From contig OX597829.1 in the NCBI GenBank assembly GCA_951406725.2, forward strand, positions 50,592,001 to 50,656,000: a DNA stretch of 64,000 nt, given 5' to 3'. The stretch comes from Octopus vulgaris. Taxonomy: Eukaryota. Under the pieces are notes generated by a model. That model made no database searches. It worked only from the letters and a program-made list of their open reading frames with translations, and was not told the DNA's origin. Made by a program: the position numbers and the translations under genes. Every line of letters begins with the position of its first letter. The first letter of the stretch is position 1. Positions 53,254 through 64,000 of this stretch are shown piece by piece.

Positions 53254-53538
53254 TGTATGTATGCATTTTTGTGTCTGTGTTTGTCCTCCAACACCACTTG
53301 ACAACTAGTGCTGGTTGTTATGCAAAAGAGATCGACAGAATGAGTCTCAGACTTAAAAAAAGAAAACTAATAATTAGGATGAATTTGCTCAGCTAAACCT
53401 TTTCTGGTGGTATCCCAGCATGGCCGTAGTCCAATCACTAAAACAAATAAAAGCACAGAATAAAAGAAGAAAGGAAAAGAAGAAAGGAATATCATGCCCA
53501 AATTATGATGACAGTTTTTTAGAGACAAAAGGGTTTAA

Positions 53539-53756
53539 CCCTTTCAATACCAACCTGGCTGAAACCACTTCTCACTCTGTAGTACAAATGTCTTGTTTAC
53601 AAAAGTTCTTAATTAAAATCTATTAAACCTTAGTCACAATTTATGTTCCTAACACTAGCTGAATGATAACCAAGTTATTTTACTAAATTCTTTGTTATAT
53701 TTAAAGTAATTGAAAGAAACACAGAGCATCTCAACTGAAATACAGTAACGAAAGGG
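53539..53756. mobile_element. piggyBac-type MITE (second family)
   Basis: TTAA|CCCTTTC...GAAAGGG|TTAA. Confidence 0.85.
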
Positions 53757-54345
53757 TTAATCTAATGGTAACTTAGCTGCTATTTCTTCCATGCTGAGTG
53801 CCTGTATAGGGTCCCCTCCACCTCAAATCATTGGACCTGAAATCTAGCAACAAGGGGCAAGCATCAAGGAATCATAGTTTGAACAGTACGTCCAAGTTTC
53901 AGTACAGCAAATTAAAAAAACAGAAAATAGAAGTAAAAGAAAAAAAGAAAAAAACCTTAGCATAGTTTGTTCTGTCTTTTGAAGATTCCTTACTAATGTT
54001 CCACTGCCATATGAGGATATATTTAGAGGGTCTGAGAGAAACAAAAATTCGAACCTAAAAGTGTTCAACAAAACCTAAACATTAAACAATGATGAATTCT
54101 TTGATACCACGGTTTTTTTATTTCATTATTTCTAACCAAAAGAAATCTGTATGTTGCCATTTTGGAAAAAAATTTATCGATGATTCTGGGAACAGTTTTA
54201 CAATTCAATCTATACATGTGAGCAGAACCTTCGTTAGCTCATAAATTCTGCAATATTTGCTTAGTGATTTTTTTTCTTTCTATTCTTTTTCTTTGTATTC
54301 TTTTGTTTGTTTGTTTTTTTTCTTTTTTTGCTTATTTTCCGATCG

Positions 54346-54412
54346 TATATATATATATATATATATATTTAGTGTGTGTGCGTGTATACGTATGTGTGTG
54401 TATATATATATA

Positions 54413-54476
<64 letters not shown>

Positions 54477-54679
54477 TATATACACATATATACACATATA
54501 TATACACATATATATATATATACATGCATATATATATACATATATGTATACACATATACATATATATATATATACATGTATATATATACATATATATATG
54601 TATATATATACATATATGACATATATATATATACATATATACATATATGTCATATATGTATATATGACATATGTATATA

Positions 54680-54732
<53 letters not shown>
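54346..54732. repeat. (TA)n/(CA)n microsatellite
   Basis: Direct reading. Confidence 0.95.
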
Positions 54733-54735
<3 letters not shown>

Positions 54736-55065
54736 TCCCCTCTGCAAGAGGCTAATAGTTGCATATTTATCTGCATCTACTGCACATTATGGAAATCATT
54801 CAAACGGCAAAATGCATAAATAGATAAATAGACAAAAAGAAAAAGACAAAAAAATAAATAAATGTGTGAAAGATGTAGTATTTTGGTGTTTGTCTCTTCG
54901 TTTTGCTTTTTATGCTTTTTTTTTCTATTTTTTTTTTCTTTTCCTTTTGGTTTTGTTTTGTTTTCTTTATTCTATGTGGCATTTGTTATTAAACAAAATG
55001 TCATTATGACATATAACAAATATCAGACTCAGATAATAGGTTAAAGTTAGGAAGAATAAAAAAAA

Positions 55066-56440
<1,375 letters not shown>

Positions 56441-56549
56441 TTCAAGAGTTTTAGTCAATCATATTGACCCCAATACGTGTTTCAGTCTCTCATTTTATCA
56501 ATCTATAAATGTGTGCACACACACACACACATATATATATATGTATATA

Positions 56550-56602
<53 letters not shown>

Positions 56603-56629
56603 GTGTTTGTGTGTATGCATATAGATATA

Positions 56630-56675
<46 letters not shown>

Positions 56676-57484
56676 TGTTTATATATGTATGTATATATGT
56701 ATTTATGCATGTATATGCATTCATACATAAATGTGTATGCGTTAGACACAGACGTATTATCAATTGATATTTGTTGAATCCTTTAGTTACAGAACACAGA
56801 CAGAAACAAACATAAACAGTAACGGTCTTTAGACTATAAACAAAAAACGCAGACATGCACACACACATGCACGCATGCACACACACACACACTCACCCAC
56901 ACACACTAGTGCACTGTGCATATGTGCATGTGTATGTGTGTGTGTGTGTGCGTGTATGTTGACAGGCTTCTGAATAGTTTCCATCAGCCAAGTTCCCTTG
57001 GTCAATCTACATATTTGCAATATAAACTTCTTAAGCATACACTCTTGAGTCATTTGGGTTTTTTTTTTGGGGGGGGGGGTTGTAGTACAGTTCTTTGTCA
57101 AGGCACAACCCCAAAATAATTCCTTTACATATATTCTTTCTGGGATGGAATCCTAGAATAGTAAGACAGATTTTTTTTTTTCTGTTTCGAGCTGAGTCTA
57201 CTGGAAGATGTTCTAGAGAGAGAGAGATGAATTAAGAAATGGTTTGATGATATCCATAGTTTCAGTCAATCATGCTTGTGAATCCAACCATAAAATCTAA
57301 TGATAGTTGATTCTGACAGGACCCTATAGAAGGGGGTGCTTGAGGACTCTCCCCACCCACAGCTCTCACAGGGAAACTGGATGAAGAGCAGGATGGATGG
57401 AATGAAACACACCCTTCTTCAAGCTAGCCTCATAGCATTATTTAAACTTAGCACTACAAGTTAAAAAAATATTTGTCAATCACA

Positions 57485-57899
57485 GGCGCAGGAGTGGCTG
57501 TGTGGTAAGTAGCTTGCTAACCAACCACATGGTTCCGGGTTCAGTCCCACTGCGTGGCATCTTGGGCAAGTGTCTTCTGCTATAGCCCCGGGCCAACCAA
57601 TGCCTTGTGAGTGGATTTCGTAGATGGAAACTGAAAGAAGCCTGTCGTATATATATATATATATATATATATATAAGTGTGTGTGTATATGTTTGTGTGT
57701 CTGTGTTTGTCCCCCTAGCATTGCTTGACAACCGATGCTGGTATGTTTACGTCCCCGTCACTTAGCGGTTCGGCAAAAGAAACCGATAGAATAAGTACTG
57801 GGCTTCCAAAGAATAAGTCCCGGGGTCGATTTCCTCGACTAAAGGCGGTGCTCCAGCATGGCTGCAGTCAAATGACCGAAAGAAGTAAAAGAATAAGAG
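57485..57899 (+). mobile_element. SINE A
   Basis: Full-length copy. Confidence 0.92.
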
Positions 57900-58017
57900 T
57901 GAAGCAGTTTTGTAAAGCTTTCAGCATTGTTAGAAACTTTCTTCATTTTCCTTTTCTTTTTCTAAAAATATTTGTTATTTTCACACGACTTAAGGAGATA
58001 ATTTGCTCCAAACCATA

Positions 58018-58507
58018 TCTTTATATATAAAAGTGAAGTTGTGTGTCTGTCTCCTACGATTTAGATTCCTAACTACTCCCACATTTTGCGGTGCAGTTTA
58101 ACCAAAACCGGGTATCTTATAGTCGTGATTCATATCGAGCCCTTCTGGGTATTAGCGCGTGTCTACGATGAGTCTACGATTTAAAAAAAAATTTACCATC
58201 ATTTTTTTCCATTTTAATGCATTTTTTTCGCTATTATATAAGGAAGTAACTCTCTAAAAATGTCTACGATGATTCAACGATTTAAAAAAATTTACCATCA
58301 TTTTTTTCCATTTTAATGCATTTTTCCCTATTATATAAGGGAAGTAACTCTCTAAAAATGTCTACGATGATTCAACGATTTAAAAAAAAATTACCATCAT
58401 TTTTTTTCCATTTTTAATGCATTTTTTTGCTTTGGCTATAACTCTCTAAAGATGCTTATATAGTTATTTCTTTTACAAACCCGAGCAACGCCGGGCAATA
58501 CTGCTAG
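58018..58507 (+). mobile_element. Non-autonomous Helitron with three internal subrepeats of about 90 bp
   Basis: A|TC start, TCTACGATGA subrepeats, hairpin plus CTAG|T. Confidence 0.85.
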
Positions 58508-58689
58508 TATAAAATAAACTATAAAATAGTTTATAATATGATTTTCTGAGATATCACTTTGGTAGAAGAAAAAGTTAAAACCTCAGACAAAATATTTGCA
58601 TTATTTTTTCCAGTTTTTTTGCCTTTCCATTTCATTTCCCACTGGGGTCAGTTTTGCTTATATCTTTCCAGGCTCAATAAATAAAAAGA

Positions 58690-58832
58690 GCAGGCATGGC
58701 TGTGTGGTTAAGAAGCTTAATTTACAACCACATGGTTTCATGTTCTGTCCCAATGTACTGCACTTTTGGCAAGTGTCTTCTACTATTGCCCCAGGCTAGC
58801 CAATGCCATGCGAGTGGATTTGGTAGATGGAA

Positions 58833-58840
<8 letters not shown>
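58690..58840 (+). mobile_element. SINE A 5' part
   Basis: Degraded head and core. Confidence 0.75.
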
Positions 58841-58869
<29 letters not shown>

Positions 58870-58878
58870 ATGTGTGTA

Positions 58879-58930
<52 letters not shown>

Positions 58931-59294
58931 AATATATATGTACATAATATTTATATTTATAACTGTATAATAATATTTCATAATAATATTTTATATTCCA
59001 ATTTGAAGCGACAATATACAAATGCAAAAAAAGTTATTGAATTTGACAAAAATTGATGGATGAGTGTTTAGCCTAATTGGATGTGCAAGGAGCCATTTTA
59101 GCGTTGATTTGTAGGTTCAATCCTGACTGGGGTTAGTTCATCATGTTTCTGTCATTTGTTTGTATTTATAAATTGTCGCTTCAAATTAGAGAATAAAATG
59201 TTAATGATGTATTATTATAGAGCTATTATTATACTAAGAAACATCCATAGTAGCTTTCTTTCCATAACTTACAAAGCCTTCCATGTTTGTTTAC

Positions 59295-59326
<32 letters not shown>

Positions 59327-59413
59327 TACACACATATATAATTACATGTATATATATATATATATACACACACACACGCATATACAAGTATATACATTAT
59401 ATACATATATACA

Positions 59414-59620
59414 TGTGACCTCGTGTGTACTGTTGGCGATTTTTTTCCTTTGTCTTCCCTTCTCTGGATCTTTCCTTCTCCTATGTTTCCGACGAAGAGC
59501 TCCACTCGAAACGTTAAACCCTCCTTCTTTCCTTCTTTCCTGAGCATCCAATAATACTATATTTGTTCCACGTTCTCGCGTTGTCGTGTTTTTTTTGTGC
59601 TTTCATGTTTGGATTAACAA
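59414..59620 (+). mobile_element. Penelope-like pLTR fragment in (TA)n, carrying a minimal hammerhead motif
   Basis: GTTT-CCGACGA-A-GAG-CTCCA-CTC-GAAAC-GTT-AAAC at 59485-59519; (TA)n on both sides. Confidence 0.55.
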
Positions 59621-59647
59621 TATATATATATATATATATATATATCG

Positions 59648-60726
59648 TCATCGTTTAACATCCACTTTCCATGCTGGCATGATTTGGATGGGTTGACTGA
59701 GGGCTGGTGAGCCAGAAGGCTGTCCTAGGCTCCAATCTGATCTGGCAAAGTTTCTACAGATGGATACCCTTCCTAATGCCAACCACTCCAAGAGTGTAGT
59801 AGGTGCTTTTATGTGCCACTGATACAAGGGCCAGTCAGGCTGTACTGTCATTGGCCATGACAAAGATTTCACTTGCCTCAACAGGTCTTCACAAGTGGAG
59901 ACTATTGCCCGATGATTGAAGGGTACTCTTAAATGGGCTGCTTATGCAACACTGGCATGGTTATAGTTTCTCTTGATTTGCCAGGTCTTCTCAAGCATAG
60001 CATATCTCCAAAGGTCTCGGTCTCTAGTCATTGCCTCGGTGAGGCCCAATGTTCAAAGGTCATGCTTCACCACCTCGTCCCAGGTCTTCCTGGGTCTACC
60101 TCTTCTACAGGCTCCCTCAACTGCTAGAGTATGACATTTTTTCACATAGCTGTCCTCATCTTTTTACAACACGTGACCATACCAGCGCAGTCATCTCTCT
60201 TGCATGCCACATCTGATGCTTCTTAGGTCCGACTTTTCTCTCTGGGCGCTTACACTCTGTCAAGTATGCACACTGACATTACACATCCAGTGGAGCATAC
60301 TGGCTTCATTCCTTGCAAGATTATGCATGTCCTCTGCAGTCACAGCCCATATTGCATGGCTGTTCGCACACATGCATCATACAGTCTACCTTTTACTCTG
60401 ACAAGAGGCCCATTGTCACCAGCAGTTGTAGGAGCTCTCTGAACTTTTCCCAGGCTATTCTTATTCTAGCAGCTACACTTTCAGAGCATCCACCCCCACT
60501 ATTGACTTGGTCACCTAGGTAACGGAAGCTATCAACTACTTGTTGTTTTTCTCCCTGGAATGTGTCAGAAGTTGTTTTCTGCACATTTTCAGTGTTTATT
60601 GTCTCTGAGCATTTGCCACACACAAAAACTATCTTCCCAGTTAGCATTCCATTGATGTTGCTGCACCTCTTATGTGTCTATAGCTTACACTGGGTACTTC
60701 TTATGGCGTTTCTACCAACGCCTTTT
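59648..60726 (-). mobile_element. 5'-truncated RTE-clade LINE
   Basis: VVDSFRYLGDQVNSGGGCSESVAARIRIAWEKFREL, LRWYGHV and GRPRKTWDEVVKHDL; 3' UTR ends GTTAAACGATGACG. Confidence 0.88.
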
Positions 60727-60749
60727 TGATATGTATGTGTGTGTGTGTG

Positions 60750-60792
<43 letters not shown>

Positions 60793-60881
60793 ATATATAT
60801 ATATATATATATATAATAAATATTAGGGAATAAATCCAAATTTACAGGGAAAAAAAATCAGATTTAGGATTTTGTCTCTAA

Positions 60882-60948
<67 letters not shown>

Positions 60949-60949
60949 G

Positions 60950-61110
60950 TGATTTATAGAAAAACAAAAGACAAAGACAGTTGTATGAACAATAAGCAAG
61001 TGTATTACTTTGACACTCAGGAAAAATGAAAAAGTCTTTTACATTTTGAGCTTACGCTCTTCAGCAGAAAGGAATAAGAGAAAATAAGCAGAGAGAGAAT
61101 GAAAAAAATC
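60950..61110 (-). mobile_element. Second Penelope-like fragment with a decayed hammerhead motif
   Basis: Minus strand reads CTTT-CTGCTGA-A-GAGC-GTAA-GCTC-AAAAT-GTA-AAAG at 61036-61071; adjoins (TA)n. Confidence 0.45.
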
Positions 61111-61446
61111 TGCTTGGAGCTTTTAGTCGAATGAATCAACGCCAGCACTTATTTTTTAAGTATGGTACTTATTCTGTTGGGCTCTTTTACTGAACCACTA
61201 AGTTACGGGGTTGTAAACACACCAACATCAATTGTCAATTAGTGATGGGGGGACAAACAAAGACACACACATACACATATATATGACGGGCTTCTTTCAG
61301 TTTTCATCTACTAAATCCTTTCACAAGGCTTTTGCTGACCTGAGGCTATAGTAAAAGACACTGGCCCAAGGTGCCATGCAGTGGGACTGAACCCAGGACC
61401 ATGTGATTGGGAAAGAACCTTCTTACCACACAGTTATTCCTGCACC
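61111..61446 (-). mobile_element. SINE A, diverged
   Basis: Family A match. Confidence 0.82.
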
Positions 61447-61603
61447 TTTATATATATATACACATACATACATCTGCATGTATGTGTGCGTTTTCGTGCT
61501 TGTATTTTTCTTCTACCATTGCCTGACAACTGGCGTTGGTGTTATTAATAACCCCATAACTTAGTGTTTCTGCAAAAGAGAACAATAGAGTAAGAATCAG
61601 GTT

Positions 61604-62307
61604 TTAACCTTTCTGTTACCATATTTCTGTTGAGATGTTCTGTGTTTCATTCAATCAATTTTAAATAAAATAAAGAATTTAGTAAAATAACTTAGTTATG
61701 ATTAAGCAAGTGTCAGGAACATAAACTGTGATTAAGGTTTGGTGGAAGATTTTAATTCAAATTTGTACTACAAAGCCAGAGCAGGTTGGTATCTAAAGAG
61801 TTAAGAATTTTTTCTCAATTATATATGTTAACACGTTTGTTACCATGTTTCTGTTGAGATGCTCTGTGTTTCATTCAATCAATTTTAAATATAACAAAGA
61901 ATTTAGTAAAATAACTTAGTTATCATTAAGCTAGTGTTAGGAACATAAATTGTGACTAAGGTTTGGTGGAAGATTTTAATACAAAACTTATGAAAACATG
62001 ACATTTGTACTACAGAGCCAGAGGTGGTTTCAGCCAGATTGGTATCGAAAGGGTTAAGAATTGTTTATTATATATTTTAACCCTTTTGATACCATATTTC
62101 TGTTGAGATACTCTGTTTCTTTCAATTACTTTAAATATGACAAAGAATTTAGTTATCATTCAGAACTTAGTTATCATTCAGCTAGTGTTAGGAACATGCA
62201 TTGTGACTAAGTTTGGTGGAAGGTTTTAATTCAAAACTTTTGAAAACATGACATTTGTACTACAGAGCCAGAGGTGGCTTCAGCCGGGTTGGTATCAAAA
62301 GGGTTAA
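61604..62307. mobile_element. Three tandem piggyBac-type MITEs nested in a SINE A 3' part (about 61490-62410)
   Basis: TTAA-bounded units at about 61604-61804, 61828-62057 and 62077-62307, each a reverse match to 53539-53756. Confidence 0.85.
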
Positions 62308-62599
62308 GAATTAAATAAGTACTGTGGTTGAATCGTTTGACTAAAACAACTTCATGGAAGTGCCCCAGCATGGCCACAGTTTAATGAATGAAACAAGAAA
62401 AAGATAAAGGGGAAAAGATAATCAATGTAGAACCATAAACAGGATAGATTGTTAGAGTACCAAAAGAGACATGTTGTGATATTTGTTCTAATTCCTTGCA
62501 TTCTGAGTTCAAATCATGTAACCTGTTTGGATGTTTGACTGAATTCCTCAGTTTAGAGCCCCAGTTTAGCACCAATGCCTTGCCACTGAATACCCTTAA

Positions 62600-62819
62600 C
62601 CCTTTAGTACTCAGATTATTTTATCAAATGTAATGCTTATTTAATCACACTGCTTTTAATTAATCATGCATTTCCCCGTAACTTTGAGATTTTGATGATG
62701 TGGTTGCATATTTTTAGAACGACATTGTAGGATTGGTACAAGAGGCTGGATCTGGCTGGTTTGAACATAAAAGAGGTATAATATTTGAGCCAGACATAGC
62801 TGGTTTAAATGGTAAAAGA
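62600..62819. mobile_element. piggyBac-type MITE (family of 25627-25847, reversed)
   Basis: TTAA|CCCTTTAG...GGTAAAAGA|TTAA. Confidence 0.7.
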
Positions 62820-63150
62820 TTAATGGAATCTGCTTTGTTGTAAAGCATTTGAGCCAAGTGTACAGTTTGAGAATATCTTCCTCTCTCCTTCTTTCTTGTG
62901 AATGTACATGGCATAATGGTTAAGGTATTACACTCTCAATTGCAAGTCACAGTTTCAATTTCCAGACTAGGCTGTGTGTTTTGTCCTTGAGAAAGACACT
63001 TCACTTCAAGTGGTTTCAATCCACTGAGCTGTGAATGAGGGACCCCATAATATAGACTGACATCCTGTTCAGAAGGAACATTGTGATCTTGGTCAGTTGT
63101 ACCCAATGAAAACCAAGTAAATGATCCTATCAGTCTCAGGACTTGAGGCA

Positions 63151-63487
63151 GTAAAGACCCCATTCAGTCATGAATGACCATAGAATTGCACCTAGAAAGT
63201 TCACCTCTGTGACATGAGTCCAGGCAAGGTGGTTTGTAGAAGACCAGCAGTCGCCCATGCATACCAGCCCCCTCATCTCCATGCCACTGATGTTATCCGA
63301 AGGAAAAGCAAAGACCAATACAGCTTGGCACCAGTGATGTCACAAGTCATTTCTACAGCTGAGTGAACTGGAGCAACGTGAAATAAAGTGTCTTGCTCAA
63401 AAACACAACACTGCCAAGTCTGGGAATCGAACTCGCTACCTCATGGTTGTAAGCCCGACGCACTAACCTCAGAACCATGCACCTTTC
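63151..63487 (-). mobile_element. SINE D
   Basis: Matches 42781-43130. Confidence 0.85.
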
Positions 63488-63510
63488 CCCCCACCACACA
63501 CACATATAAA

Positions 63511-63846
63511 GGGTAAACAGTAAAGACCCTCTTCAGTCATGAATGACCATGGGATTGTATCTAGAAAGTTCATCTCTAAGGCACAAGTCTGGGTAAGGTT
63601 GTTTATGGAAGATCAGCAGTCACCCATGCATACCAGCCCTCTCTTCACCATGCCACTGATGTTATCCAAGGGAAAGGCAAAGGGGCCGATACAGCTTGAC
63701 ACCAGTGATGTCACAACTCATTTCTACAGCTGAGTGAACTGGAACAACATGAAATAAAGTGTTTTGCTCAAGAACACAAAACCCAATCTGGTCCAGGATC
63801 AAACTCACTCTCTCATGATTATGAGCCCAATGCTCTATGCGTTCAC
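63511..63846 (-). mobile_element. SINE D, adjacent second copy
   Basis: Matches 42781-43130. Confidence 0.85.
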
Positions 63847-64000
63847 AGGGACTTATTAATTTATTCTCAGCTGGTCATCTGTTTTCCTTCCTAAGTGAAA
63901 AATAAAACGAGATTTTATTTTGTTTAATTCCAACGTGTGTGCCAATAAGTCGAAATTTTCAATTACACGTTGTTGTTGCTTCTTTATATTAATAGGTTTT

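Overview
AT-rich, repeat-saturated animal DNA with no confidently identifiable host gene. The SINE families and microsatellite load suggest an octopod cephalopod (inference). The window contains: several decayed R4/Dong-like non-LTR retrotransposons (restriction-like endonuclease, RLE) sitting in (TAA)n or (ACAT)n microsatellites; one near-full-length Tx1/L1-clade element plus fragments; RTE fragments; four tRNA-derived SINE families; non-autonomous Helitrons; TTAA-flanked (piggyBac-type) MITEs and a GG-ended MITE with an 8-bp TSD; two Penelope-like fragments with degenerate minimal hammerhead motifs; large microsatellites; and a 4.25-kb satellite of about 45-46 copies of a 93-bp SINE tail. 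Most long ORFs in the track are microsatellite artefacts. The most notable patterns are the twice-seen tail-to-tail pairing of Tx1-like and Dong-like elements on one shared AAT/ATT tract, the SINE-tail satellite, a TSD-flanked fold-back insertion and the hammerhead motifs. Family names come from motif recognition by eye, not database searches. Boundaries of degraded elements are approximate.
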